DNA of 63,957 nucleotides, filler included, from Folioceros fuciformis (lineage: Eukaryota), in assembly GCA_049999805.1 (NCBI GenBank). It is 13 parts of 13 records of this genome, joined end to end, with 100 filler letters (N's around TTAATTAATTAA, not from the genome) between each part and the next. Parts side by side here need not be neighbours in the genome. Positions count along the whole stretch, not along the records: positions 1 to 3,068 come from JBNGIO010002333.1; positions 3,169 to 6,703 come from JBNGIO010002334.1; positions 6,804 to 11,392 come from JBNGIO010002335.1; positions 11,493 to 33,295 come from JBNGIO010002336.1; 9 more parts are not named here. One strand, 5' to 3'. Each line of letters starts with the position of its first letter. Position 1 is the stretch's first letter. Position numbers and translations under genes: made by a program. This document shows positions 1 to 13,336 of the stretch, piece by piece. The notes under the pieces are model-generated. The model did not search any database and was not told the origin of the DNA. It saw only the letters and a program-made list of their open reading frames with translations.

Positions 1-259
1 GGGCAAGTTGCGGGCTGGGAGTGTCAGCTACAATTCTCTCTAGTGCTGAAGAAGATTGGAGAAGCCAACTTGTGCACTTGAAACAAACAAGCTTAAGGAA
101 CAATTCAAGAGTGAGCACCTACCCACTTCCATAAGACTCAGAGACGTGAAGGCACGCTGAACTGCAGGATTTGGTGATTAGATGCTCAGGGACGCTTCAT
201 CCGCCAAACTAGCAAAATTGAATCATCAACAAACCTACGGGGAAGGTGAGAGGAGAGCC

Positions 260-1830
260 CTCACACCCATAGCTTCCATATGCAGAATATGTTTGCTCGT
301 AGGTAGATTCTTCGTAAGTATATATGGAGGATTGTCTTATGTAGGAACATTCTAAATACAAACTTGCTTTTATTGTACACATTGCCTAATAAAGTGGTGA
401 TGCACTTCGATGTGCTTCATGTGGGTGTGAAACCATGGATTTGCTATCATGGCTATAGTAGACATGTCACAATGGATAGCACTAGACTTTGGTTACAGAA
501 AACCAAGGTCCTAAAGAAAACAACATTCCCATATAGCCTCCTTAGTAGCTTCAATCAAAGCTTTATACTATGCTTTAGTGGAAGACAAAGCAACATTGGC
601 CTATTTCTTAGAATTCAAGTGAAAAGTGGCATTAGACAAGGTGAAAAGTATGCTGATATGCTTCGATGAGTGTCGCGATCAGTGGCCCAATCAGCATCAA
701 GAAAGCTTGAAACAATCAGCTTGCTATCGCCAAGTTGCCCCCAAAAGCATAGCCCATAGTGTTGGGTACCCTTCAAACAATGTAAGACATGCTTCATTGC
801 TCCACAATGGTTCCTACCAGGGTTGTCCATGAATTGGGAAACGAGACTAACAGAATATTGGATGTCAGGGCGAGTCCAACAACTGATGTATTCAAACAAC
901 CTATGGCATGCCAGTAAGGTACTTGAGACATATCCTGTCATTCACCATCAGTCTCAGGACTCTGGGCAAGTGTGAGTTTGGCACCAACAAAACCAAGAGA
1001 GGAGACAAGCTCGGCAGTATCGAGCTAAAAACGTCGAAGTGCCTCTACAATATACTAGGCTTGGTGCAAAATAATAGTATGAGAAGCAAAGTCCCTAACA
1101 AGATGGACACCAAGAACAATGGTAAGGGGACCAATGTCCCTCATGTCAAATTTCTAATGGAGCATTTGCTTGACCCATGCTAATAACTCTACATTATTAG
1201 AGCAAAGGATAGCGCCATCTATGTACAACGCCAAGACAACGAGATGCCCACCCTTTGAATACAAGTAAACATTGGCATCCCTAGAGTTCTTCTGGAAACC
1301 AATGGACTTTGGTACTTGTCTATTATTTTGTACCACTCACGAGCAACTTGTTTCAAAACATAAGTGGCCTTCTGAAGTCGGCAAACCTAGTTAGGGTGTT
1401 GAGAGTCAACAAAACCCTCAGGTTGCTACATGTAAATATCTTCTTCTAGCTCTCCATAAAGAATCGCAATGCAAACATCCATCTATTGCAAGTCCTAGTC
1501 ATGAGTTGCTGCCAAGGCAAAAATGATTATGATAAATTGGGTCTTGACAACATGACTAAAGGTCTTGGTGAAATCAACACCACGAACCTAAGAGAAACCC
1601 CATGCAACTAGACGAGACTTAAATCTTGCTATTTCACCATTTGCATTTAGTTTATGTTTGAATACCCATTTGGAACTAACCATTTTTTGTTCTGCAAGCA
1701 AGAGACATAGCTCCCAAGTATCATTTTTCAGTAAAGAATCATACTCATCTTGGATAGAAAGTATCCAATGATGCTTATTAGGGCTTGAAGAAGCCTTGAC
1801 ATAAGAATGAGGTTCAGGATTGACAAAAGA
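260..1830 (-). mobile_element. Decayed Ty1/Copia pol fragment (reverse transcriptase + RNase H)
   Basis: Minus-strand translation gives Copia RT motifs EYDSLLKNDTWEL, KWVFKHKLNANGEIARFKSRLVA, IYM*QPEG, LALYIDG (YVDD decayed) and TRPDIQYSVS, then RNase H DADWATDRDTHRSIS and PT*DNPPYILTK. Multiple stops and frameshifts. Confidence 0.93.
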
Positions 1831-2214
1831 GAAGCTGTGATCTTTAGGCTTGAAATCCTATAGAGAGAGATATACCAGCCCTTGGATGCCGAAAGTCAAT
1901 GGATGTGTAAGGTGGCTCAGCCCACTAAGCAAGGGGTGAATGTACTCGACGAGGGTACCTAGGCTCCAAATCGAGCATAGCCTGAGAGTGAGTGGATAGG
2001 GCTAGCATAGTGTCAGGCTCTGAACCCTCATCCTAGTGTGGGACTAGAAAATTTGGAGCGACAACTCCTAGTCCGAGTAGATGTTCTAGTATTGTATCAT
2101 GGAAAACTTTAGGTAGATATATATTATTATTAAGTGTTCTATACAAGTGTCTACTCTTGTCCACTGATATAGCTAGCCACTTTTGCTATTATTTACAACA
2201 AACTTTCTCCCATT

Positions 2215-2485
2215 GTGTGGCGGCAAAACCTCGGGCACTGATTGCCGACGGGTTCCACCTTTAGTGGCCACACTTATCCCACTGTCGTTGAGACTTTGGG
2301 TTTCGTTCCCACGAAGGAGCGATGGGGTTCCTTGCTGCTGTGGATGGAGGGTCGGACTTGATCAACTCGATGATGGATTCGAGGGCTCCCCTCCAGCTCC
2401 GATCAGGCGTAGGACAGGCCTCGCTGTTCGGCGGTCAGCTGCACCTCTCTCGGTGCCCACAAACTCACTCCAATCACTACAACGA

Positions 2486-2523
<38 letters not shown>

Positions 2524-3068
2524 CACTCACTCTCTCACTCCACCACCAACACCAGCAACTACCAGCAACCAGCAACGACACCACTACCTTCTACACTTCC
2601 CTGCTGACTGCTCCTACTCGGCAAGAGTCACTAGACTAACCCCAAAGAAAAGGAAGAAGGGAACACACTCCCCTCTTGGATATCTCCCCCCTACAACCTT
2701 ACCAGACGCCATGAGACATGGCCGGCCTACAGCACTTGTCCAAGCAAGGAACAAGAGTGGACAGGTCAAGAGAAAGACACATCCTTTACAATCAAGAGCT
2801 AGGGGCAAGCCCCTACACCCTGGTCATTACACCTTGTGATCCTACCAGACACTATACAACCGGCAACACGCTGCTCGCGATCCTACCAGACATTGCACAG
2901 CCGGCAACACACTGCAGGTCCTAGACCAAGCAAGGACAGACCACAAGAGCTCATGAAGAGAGGACCTCCAAGAGCTCACAAGAGATAGACTGACTCCCAA
3001 AGTGAATGTCTCCCTCCTCCTACAGGCTCACCTGATCTTATAGGAGCCTCTCTCTCTCTGACTTCACC
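2215..3068. repeat. Member of a CT-rich dispersed repeat family (putative long LTR), also at 52313-53973 and 61950-63957; includes a T35 run at 2489-2523
   Basis: CCACAC...TGTCGTT...TGGGTTTCGTTCCCA at ~2268-2311 matches CCACAC...TGTC(A/G)TT...TGGGATTCGATCCCA at the other two loci. Confidence 0.45.
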
Positions 3069-3168
3069 NNNNNNNNNNNNNNNNNNNNNNNNNNNNNNNN
3101 NNNNNNNNNNNNTTAATTAATTAANNNNNNNNNNNNNNNNNNNNNNNNNNNNNNNNNNNNNNNNNNNN
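3069..3168. other. Artificial contig-joining linker (first of 12)
   Basis: 44 N + TTAATTAATTAA (stops in all six frames) + 44 N. Identical 100-bp linkers also at 6704-6803, 11393-11492, 33296-33395, 34864-34963, 41147-41246, 45441-45540, 51768-51867, 53974-54073, 55457-55556, 58548-58647 and 61634-61733. Confidence 0.97.
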
Positions 3169-3790
3169 TATACTCACCCTCAAGGTCTCCCATGGACTTT
3201 AAGACTCATCGTCCCTAGGGGCACGAATGATTCCACCGCATATCTTTCCCAAGTGCTAGGAATCCCGCCATCCTCCAGTCTTTCCACTTAAACTGCTTCC
3301 GACGGGATTGCTCCCAAGCTTCTACTCCAATCAACAAATGCTCCCATATGCGCTACATCAAAGCTTTCAATGAAGCTGAATCTTGTCCTCCATAGACCAC
3401 CGCAGACCAGTTGACCCAGAGATGGAAAAGGCAAGAAGACCATAGTAAGCCCCACCATTGTGTTTTAAGGAGAGGTTTGCCCGAGGTTGCGTCTAGCCCA
3501 AATAAGGCTGATTGTGATGTGATCTTGAGGTTAGCATCAGGAAAAATCAAACAGAGCCACCTGCCAACCTCCCTCCAGATCTCTTGGGCAAAGCTGCAAT
3601 GATAGAACATGTGTTGGCTCTTGTTTGGGGCCCCAGCGGTGCATAGTTGACACACATCCTCCCCCGTCGCAGCTAAAAGCCCATCCCATCAATCCGCAAT
3701 AGGCAAGCACACTTGAAAAAAACACCAAACTATATACCTGACCTTGGGGGGGATTCCTGCGGACTTCCATAGAAGTTGGATGACGATCTC
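3169..3790 (-). mobile_element. L1/Tx1-like LINE ORF2 3' end (zf-RVT-type zinc finger), decayed
   Basis: CQLCTAGAPNKSQHMFYHCSFAQEIW (CxxC..H..C..W). The reverse complement aligns by eye with 35880-36490. Confidence 0.88.
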
Positions 3791-6700
3791 ATTTTCCACA
3801 ATGTGACATTAAGCAACCAATATGTGCTGTTGAGGCATGCGGTAAGGAGTTTGTTGACATCAAAATCCATAGTACAGCCTTCACACGGCTTAGTGTCTGA
3901 CAAGTGAGGGCTTCATCTCTCGCTACACAAGCACTCCAGCCATCAAGTGTCAGCTCATGCAAGCTGAAACCATTTGAGCTCAGAGATGGTAGTTTGCAAG
4001 GCAATCTTCATTGCCCCCCTGATGCTCGCTTTCCAGTTTTGGACAATTGGAAGCTCACTAGCATTTGTTCATATTGGCTGAGCACAGCAGAAATGTTGTG
4101 CACTTATCTCTCCATACAATTGGGTGTGCCTGCTTCCAAAGAGCCTGTGGTACATGCCTTCTTCTCCCACAAAAGGGCGCACCTCAGCAAATGTTCTTCC
4201 AAAGGACAGAGGAAAACAAAAAAAAAGCTCCTCTAGCAACCGATAATCTAGACAATCCAAACCAAAGCACTTTTGGGTAGCATGTATGACAATGGCCCAA
4301 TGTAGATACTCCATATCAAAGCACATTCCGAGCAGCATCAATGACAATGTCTTTCCCATCATTTGCACCTCGTCCGCCTGCACATCATGATCCAATCTCG
4401 AACAAAACCCGTAGCGCGCATGTTGAATGAAGAGCACGCGCTCGAGTTTTAATCCAACCTTAAATCATCCTTACTTGGGTCCTCTGCTGTGTTGTTTACA
4501 ATGCATGCAATCTAAGGCATGCACTCAATTGAGTGCATGCCTTAGCTTGAAACACCAAGCTCCATCTTGGCTACATTTCAAAGAAAAAAGCTGTATCACA
4601 AGGACAGGATGAATCGGATTTGGAAACGATGGAAATGTCTGGGACCGTTACAAGGATTTTGACAAGAATGGGACTTGTGATAGATATGTGTTTAGTCTCT
4701 CCAATTGTGAACAAAAATTGAGCAATCTCTCTTATGATTTATTTGCTTTACACTTCCTACGTACCTAAACTATTAATTTTGTTTGCCTCCATGAGGCATA
4801 GTCCTTCTTGGAGAAAAGGTGACCAAAACTCTATTATCATGCTTATAATAAGGCTCATTGGTTTTGTCTGCCTTGTTGAATTAATTGTGAAGCACACATA
4901 TATAGACACTCCCTCATGGACATAGGGCCCTTGAACAAGTAGTAAGGATCTCTAGTGACTATGTTCTCTATCTTGAGATATTTGGATTAGGCCCATCTCG
5001 ATATGTATATAGTACCCATCTCATTTTAGCACTGTAGATGAAGAGGATAAAGCTATGGAATGTATTATTGTCTCTAATAAGTGAAAGACGTGTTTGCACA
5101 TTAGGATCTAATCTAATTAGTGTGTTGTACAAAAATTCTAAATGTTTGTATTTCGACTTAACCTAAAAATGGAAATTCTAAACAGTTGTATTTCGAATTA
5201 ACCTAAAAATGGTCTCATTGCTTAAAACCGCATATTTGGATGAAGTCTAAAATCAACACATATCTATATAAAACAAATTGACTCTTTAAAATTAATATTT
5301 TATTTATGAATTTTTCTACATTAGAAAAGTTTTCTACAAAAAGTCTACCTATATGTTATTATATTCATAAAGGAGGGGACTAAAGCTAGAAGTTGTTGAA
5401 GATTGTTTATGTAGGTATCGCTAAGATGACACATCTTGAGAAGTAGAGTCCCCGTTTTTTTTTCATGCCCATATTTGTGTCATCCCTTGTTTTATCATTC
5501 TTTAAATGGCTATCTTTGTTTGTCTCTTCTTTGTTGTAAACCATGAAAATAATGTTTTGTTATTTCGAAAGGTTCAAAAAGTACTAATTTGGCTCCAACT
5601 TTTTGTATTAGGATTGGAACATAAGTGTCATAGGAGACCTTGTTTTGATCTTTAAAACATATATAGGTAGTTTGAAGATAGCAAAAGGCTGCTTGGAGGT
5701 TGTGCCTAGGAGATCTTGCATATTCCAAATAGACTTTGGCTTGTAGTAGTATAGGTTTACACTTTTTCATCGATTCTAATACTGGTGGTGTGATGTTTTA
5801 GGCAAAGATGGTATACCATGTTGCATTGTATGGTAGTGTCCATTCATGGTCCCCTCCCTCCTTTCCCTCTCCAAGGCCCTAAATCCTCAACCTCCTCCTT
5901 TGGGCAATGGTGCTTTGCCAGCTCGAGATAGTGTTCCTCATTTTAGAGGTGAAGACTAAGTACTTGTGATTTTAAGAGATATACATGGACAAGGGGCAGC
6001 CACAGCCTTTTGTGGACTAGGGGAGCTAAGACAAAGTGATGGCCAAGGGTAAACGCTATGTTCAAGTCATCAATAAGCAATGGGTGATAATGGTGTGCAT
6101 AATGGAGGTGATCCTGCCAGCTGCAGTGGGAAAGATGTGCTTGTCTTGGTCTAAGCATGGATGCTCTTATGACTATTGTTTAATTAGGTTTTAGTTGCTA
6201 GTGTGGTTGTAGAAGTGTTCATAGTGGAGGCGATGCTACAAGTTGTGATGAGAAAGATGGTGCTTATCTTGGTCTATGCGTGGATGCCACTTTGACTAAT
6301 GTTAAATTAGGTGTTAATTGCTAATGTGGTTGTATTATACCCCTAGCTTCTAGGAATTGTTTGTCAGCACATGATTCTTTACCCTCATGGTCGAGCAGCA
6401 AAGAGATGCAAGATGCCGAGTATTTCTATATTTGTGAGATGACCATGCATTTATCCCACTAGCCATAAAGACTCATGGAGCCATGAACAAGGACTTCTCT
6501 AAGTTTATTAAACCCAACGTTTACTAAACATTTCTGTATGTAAGTCAACAGCACCTTCATCCCACGTACCATCCTAACTTACTATACCATGATGAAGGAC
6601 AAGTTAGCTAAGTTTATCAAGGCTGTGAACCTCCAAAGTTTGGGGTAGTAGTTTGTTTTGGTTGAAAAAGGGTTAATAGTGGTATGGTTTGGTTTTCTTT

Positions 6701-6803
6701 TTCNNNNNNNNNNNNNNNNNNNNNNNNNNNNNNNNNNNNNNNNNNNNTTAATTAATTAANNNNNNNNNNNNNNNNNNNNNNNNNNNNNNNNNNNNNNNNN
6801 NNN

Positions 6804-9770
6804 TGTTTGATGAGGAAGCCATCATGATAGAAGCAAACAATAGTGATTAGATAGAAGCAGAAAAGAAATACAGGAAGGACTGCCAACTCCAAGTTATGAC
6901 GAGAAGCCCACTAATGACGAGAAGCCAAGTAGTCTTCATATATATATATATTGATATATCAAATCTTGAATAGGATCGACTCAAATGTTACACGAATAAA
7001 AGTCCAGAAATTCAAGCAGCCTAATGAACGATGCCACGATTACTAGGGCCATAAACAGTAGAAAGATGTTGAACTGCTTGGGCAACTGAGTGCACCGACT
7101 CAGAGAGCTGATTAAGATAATCCCAGAGATGATGACACTCCAATTGAAATAGCTCTTGAGGAGTAGCACCAGCTTGCTCATAAAGGTAACACTGAGTGGC
7201 AAGGTCGTCAGGTTGAAAGTGTGGCGACAAGGGCTCTTGCTTGATGACTGGAGTTGGAAACACTGGACAATCCACCGCCAGAGGCTGCGTATAAGGAGGC
7301 GAGGAGCTTCGAGCGGGTGCAGACAAGGGCTAAGGAGGTGCAAAATGAGATCCAGAAATATTGCTCAGCTGCACCCCACCTGAGGATCCAAGATTCAGAA
7401 CGTCATCATGCATAGAAACGTTTCGAAACGGTGCCGAAAATACTTCATTAGGGCACCCTTCACGAATTGGTGCCCTTAAATTGTTTTTAGGGCACTGTTT
7501 GTGGAACGGTGCAGGACAGTTACCAAAGCACGCGAGACGCGTGCTGGCATAGCCATCCATAGCTCCAGAATCTTCAGCCCCTTCGATCTGGGGCTCAGGT
7601 AATCCAGATGAGAAACCACGAGTCATGGCATGTGCGCCGGAGGAGGGCGACGTTGTCGACCCACGATTGTAAGCGGTGCAACCAAGATTTGCAACTGTAT
7701 GGTTATGGAAGACTAGAAAGAGATCTGGAATGAAATTTGCTTCGAGATGCTTCAAATCTTGGATAGAATTAACCGTGTCGTCGGGATCTGGTCATCGTTG
7801 AGAGGCGCTAGTGGTGGAGGAGAATTGCAGCAGTTTTGTAAAGTTTCTTTTGGAAGATTTGCTGAAGAATGGCTGTTGTGATCTGGCGCCTTTACTTGTG
7901 AGACCTCTTGAGGTTGACAATGCTCAGCTCTCCGGAATTTGAAAGGAAATCAGCAGCAGCGGAAATCTCTTCTTGCAAATGCTAATCAATCGATGCATGG
8001 CTTACAGCCTGTAGATTATTGCCTTGAGAGTTGCCCAATGTGTGTTGAGAAGATTGCTGATCGTGCGTACGCTCAAAGACAGATGCACAACCAGGATTAG
8101 ATGAACATGCAACATTCGGAGGTTTGATAGGAACTTGCTGAGTATTCAAAGAAGGTGTTGCTGTCCGTCCATCAGCATAATACAATCTCTTAGCAAAAAC
8201 TTTGGAGTGATGTAGGCCTGATCGATTAGAAGGTCTAGGTGTATTGCTTTGAATAGGTGTAGTTGGAGAATAATGGGGTGAGATCGTCTTCTTGTTATAT
8301 GAATGATAGGAGGAGGACATCAGATTCTTGTCAATTGAAATATCTCCACAACAACGAGGTAGGAGTGAATCATAATTAGATGACCAAGGTCTAGATGACC
8401 TTTGATTGATAGAAGCTTTCCTCGATAATGATGGTACCAGGTTACTAGCAAGGAAGAAGTTGGATAGCAAATATGCTATCTTGCTTCCCAAACTATTGAA
8501 AATAGATGAATTCAACCTATTATAGGAATGGGATCGTCTAGTGTGTACTCTACGTCTACTTCTCCTTTCTAGTTCTCCACTTCTTCTAGCATGATAACTG
8601 TTATTATTGTGTCTTCTTGCCATGTTGTGTCTTGGATTGAAGTAATTAAGATACAAGATTTTAAGCAAGATAGAGAAATGAGAGTGCTAGGGAAAATGGA
8701 GAAAGAGAATGTAGAATGAGAGTGACAATAATCTATTAGTCTTTAATGTACATAAGAGTTAATCATGGGAGAAACCAAACTATTTTATTAGAGAAAACAT
8801 GTTTGATTAAACGTAAGAAGAAAAATGAATGAGTATGTACAATAACTTCGTATATCAAAAGCGTCATTACATATTGGTAGAACCTCTAGATTCACATCAT
8901 AATGCATGATGGCCTTAGTATTCAAACTATGCTCTGATACCAAGTTTAAAGTGCTTTGCGGAAGCGTTTGATCAAAGATAGTGCTTTACTAATTGATAGA
9001 ATTGATTACAAGAGGTGGGCTTTTATAGCCTGTGTCTGAAGAGTTGTACCTCTTCGGTACTAGATACCAAAGGGTATGACAACGTTGGGTTTAGCTAAGT
9101 TAACCATAACTAACGCGGTCTGTACTTCTAACTGCCCTCTAGCTGCTGCAACTTCAAACATGCCTCCAGCTACTCTCTCCTTGGTGCAATGTGAGATGCT
9201 ACCAGGTACCACCCACCCATCTTGAGCTAGTGGCCAGTATGATGGCCCTGAAGAGAATATAGCTGCTTGCGCTGGTTGCAATTCCTTGGGCAGACGCTCG
9301 GGTCCTAGCCCCACGTCTGGCAAAGAAAATAGAGGGATGCCAGTTAGTTTCGCATATAGTTCTTCTCTAGTGAAGGCCTTGGGCATCAAGTAGATTGACC
9401 CACTGGTTGCCACCTGCGGTTGCAATGGAGTCATGTCTACTGCTTGTGGCCCTCCTGCCAAGGTGGAATGCTCTTGCCCTTGAACTAGGGTTGCACTTCC
9501 TGGAGGCGATGATGTAAACGATTTGGGCATGACTGCCCTCACACCTTGCTGCCGAGTGACTAGCCTTGTTGCTGTCTCCAACATTGGTGAGTATAAATGT
9601 TGCCCTACCCACGTTTGTGGCAACTCAGTAGTTGCCATCTCAACCTCCATCTGGTTGGCAACACACACCTAATGTGGTGAGCCGTAATTGTCCTCCTTGT
9701 CTCTGACCAGTTCAATAGCATTGGTTGCAACCTACTACTCATGAGGGAAGCTAAGTACAACACTTACGTA
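6804..9770 (-). mobile_element. tRNA-Met-primed reverse-transcribing element fragment (LTR retroelement or pararetrovirus-like) with unassigned ORFs
   Basis: Minus-strand order: ORF 9668-9060, TATA (GGCTATAAAAG ~9030-9020), CTTCCGC motif, perfect PBS 8942-8931, AT-rich leader, interrupted ORF ~8623-7021, then a new ORF start MMASSSN at ~6827 running off the contig. No RT or integrase domain lies in this fragment. Confidence 0.6.
8931..8942 (-). promoter_or_regulatory. Primer-binding site complementary to the 3' end of initiator tRNA-Met
   Basis: Exact TGGTATCAGAGC on the minus strand. Confidence 0.85.
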
Positions 9771-11392
9771 CAGAAGAAAGCTGCTATTTTCATTTCCCTT
9801 GACTTTTACAAGGCTTATGATTCTATTGAGTGGCATTTCCTGTGGAGGTGTCTGCGTAGCTTTGGGTTTGGGAACGAGTTGCAGATGGATAGCCATTCTG
9901 TGTGAAGATGCAAGAGCCAACGTGGCTGTTAATGGGTCTTTTACGCAGTGCTTTGGCATCTCTCGGTCGGTACGTCAGGGTTGCTCCCTTGCTCCGTTCT
10001 TATTTATCATCGTCACTAACTTCTTTCTCAGAGCAGTCAAGTAAGACCCGGCAGTGGTGGGTATTCGGAACCCAGATGGAACACAGCTAAGGGTCTCTGC
10101 ATTCGCAGATGATATTCTCCTCTTCTCTTTGGCTGAGAAGGCTTAATTGAAAGCGTTGCTCCAACAGGTCAAGGTCTTTGGTGAACTATCGGGCTGCAAG
10201 GTGAATTGGAGCAAGACGCGCATGATGTGTCTTCACATGGACGAGGAGCTTCCTCAGTGTATTAATCACATTAGGCGAGTGACTCTGGGTTCTACCCACA
10301 AGTATTTGGGGCTTCCTTTCGAAGAGGGCGATGAGAATGGGGAGATTGGGAAGTACGTATGCCTCAGGTTCATTCACAAAGCAGCTAGTCTACAGTTGTT
10401 GGAGCTTAACCTGGCAAGTAGGCTGGTGGTGATTAATCATATCCTTACTGCCTCTTTATGGTATTATTTGTTTTTATGGACCCCTTCCAAGATAGAAGCG
10501 AAGCGCCTACAACAGGTGCTGACCTCTTTCCTGTGGAAGCATTCAGGGACAGTACGGCTGGGTGCTCTAAAGTAGCTTGGCAGCATATTATTCAGGCGCG
10601 TGGTTTGGGGGGGCTCGGGGTGGTCGACCCGGTTGCCAAGATGAAAGTGTTGCATGCTCAGTGGGTTGTCAGGGCAGCTAATCCGGTGTACTATCCTTGG
10701 AAGAGTCTGCTAACACAGCTTCTGGACTGCACCCAAGCTGTTCCCAGGGGAAGGAGATCTATCGACAACATTCTGGCTGACAAACCGATTCTCGACATTG
10801 CAGAATGCTCCCCACTCTTCAAGTCCATCTAGAGCAGTTACCTGGAGGTTAAACAATACATTATCCCGGGCAACTTTTCTTGTGCGGATGATGTTCTTGG
10901 TATTCCTTTGCAGGGATTCTCGAGGTTGTGGGTGCAGGGGTTCAGGTCAAGGGTTTATCGGTCACAAATTTTCGGGTTGGCTTGTTGGAAAGGCGTTATC
11001 CAGCTTGGTCATTCGTGGAACAAGTCAGAGGCTTGTTTGAAGGAGATAGAGGAGGTCAAAGGAGAGTTTGGCTTAGGGACCCGGCACGTCAAACTCATTT
11101 TCTCGTGGATGCATGAGGGGCTAGAGAAAAAGGTGCAACAGTTCTTAAGGCAACAACCTACCATAGGAAGTGAAGGGTGGTATGCATACTCCATGGATAA
11201 TAGGGGAGTCGACTCGGAGGAGGAGGACGATCAGGTGGAAGCATTAGAACTAGATAGAGCAGTTGGCTTGAGAGAACGGAGGACAAAGGGACATTACAGG
11301 CGTTCAAGGTCTTGTTGCCTGATGGATTTCTAGAAGAACAGGGCAGGGATGAGGGGGAAGCCCGAGGAGGGGAATTGCGGGCTATCACTGGT
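9770..11392 (+). mobile_element. L1/Tx1-like LINE ORF2 (reverse transcriptase), 5'-truncated and decayed
   Basis: ISLDFYKAYDSIEW, SVRQGCSLAPFLF, SAFADDILLF, SGCKVNWSKT, KYLGLP and KVAWQHI...GGLGVVD. Stops and frameshifts. 11040-11392 is homologous to 35235-35580. Confidence 0.95.
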
Positions 11393-13336
11393 NNNNNNNN
11401 NNNNNNNNNNNNNNNNNNNNNNNNNNNNNNNNNNNNTTAATTAATTAANNNNNNNNNNNNNNNNNNNNNNNNNNNNNNNNNNNNNNNNNNNNATGATGGA
11501 AAAACTTATCTACGCATGAAGAGGAGAAAACATGATGGGAAAACTTATCTAAACCTGAAGAGGAAGATAACCCATGATAGGAACACTAGGCTAACTCCTA
11601 AACCCTAATGACTATCAATAGCAGCTAAAACATCATGGACCGGGAGAAAAAAAGTCTACCTACCATTGGGGTTGTTGACGCTGCCTAGGTCATGTTCAAA
11701 AGCATATTATAGTCATCTCTCTTTGTTTGGTGTATCCTTATTTCCACAATGTGCGTTAGGGTAGTAGCCAATGTCAATCTTAAGACGAGGATAAGTGCAA
11801 GTTCAGTGGCTTCATTAATATCATTCTTCTTATGTCAGGCCTTTGTCCTTTCATATTGCTGAGCAGAGCCAAGGCCCCACGACGTCATGGGACCACCCAC
11901 TTAAGAGGCAACGCATAACACCTTGGCAACACTAGATGAGACTTTTTGAATAAAGTACCTGATGTTGCTTTTGGTAATCTCCCTCATAGTTTTCTCATGG
12001 AATCACCATTAGGCAATCTAGTTAGGAGGAATTTTTCACAATTATTCCCTTAAAAAGCAAGTTAATAAGACGGTTACTAAGCAAATTTAAGAAAACTTTA
12101 CATACTTTGCAAGGTTCTAAAAAAGGTCAAAAATAGTATGGATGAAATTAATTGGTATGGTGCCTTGTAATTACTAATGGAAGAGCTAGACATCTTATAC
12201 CAATCATTAATTTTTGTCTTGAAGAAAAAACCTTGAGTAATGGCTCCATGCCTTTTATGAACTCTTGTCTTTGCATTTAGTAACCTCCTCTCTTTGTGTT
12301 TTACGTTCATGAGTTGTATTTGCTCTAGTAGAGTCTTTAAGGTGTGGAGCCACCTCTCCTCTCAGGAAACAATGTCCTTATAGAAGAAGGATAGATAATG
12401 CTAAAGTGGAACTAAATTCATTTCAAAATCCTAAATGGTTTGCATGGCTCCAAGTAGGAGAGGTTAAAAGATTTCTTAAATCTTTTCTCAAGCTATGAAA
12501 CTATGGATTATTTCGTAAACTTGCTCACAAGTCTTGAAAGGATAGATATGATCTCCAGTTTGGATGACGAGGAAGGCACCTAATCCATTTCAAAACCCTA
12601 GAGGCCATAGGTTGAAGGAGAAGGGTTTGAAAGCTTTCCTTACCCTATTAGCAACTTGTGCATTAAAAAAATGTGGATATCATGTGACCGACATCATTTT
12701 GGAGTCTCTCCATGGACTCCAAGAGCTAAGGTGAGTGTGCTATCACTTTGACTGGAGGAGAAGCGACTCATGAGCTATAGAATGAACATCTCTCAAGTAG
12801 CGTGTACATTGTGTTTGTGGCATGCTCCGTCCGTCCCCCATATACTGGATCATCCTGTTTTCAGGGTGGTTCGTCAGCAATAGCTGCAGACCGAAGTTTC
12901 CGTCTGCGGCTATTGTTGACGGATCGTTTACCATTTTAGTAAGTCTTATTCATTATGATCATTTTACATACTAGGTCGGTCTTCCTGTCATGGGAACACT
13001 AACCCCATATGTTGCAAGTATCAGGTAGTCTTTTACGAGAAAGCCCGCCTCCATCACAGCCCTCCTTTTTTGCAACCTGCCTTTTTTGGAGCCCACCTCC
13101 ATTGCAACCCGCCTTTTTTGCAGCCCGCCTCCATTGCTGCCCTGCGAGAATTGCGTTGCTCACATTGTTGTTTGTAAGTCGTCCGTGCTCGCAGGCTGTC
13201 CTCTCCGTAGGCCGGTTCCCTCGCTTACGGCTTGGACAATTCTCACTTGTAGCTTAGACAACTCTCACTTGCAGCTTGGGCTTGGGCCTATTGTCATTCC
13301 TCCTTGTTTAGGTTCAATTTTTTTCATTGAAGAACA

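Noticed and set aside
2183..2839. 218-aa and 105-aa ORFs with poly-Phe
   Set aside because: They result from a T35 homopolymer in low-complexity repeat DNA.
3790..4650. Possible HET-domain-like relic (QADEVQMMGK)
   Set aside because: Only one weak motif. The WIDxxCI and RxWTLQE signatures are not seen, so I cannot support a call.
5130..6340. Short duplications (40 bp x2 at ~5133-5212; ~123-bp period x2 at ~6130-6335)
   Set aside because: Ordinary local duplications in decayed repeat DNA with no further structure.
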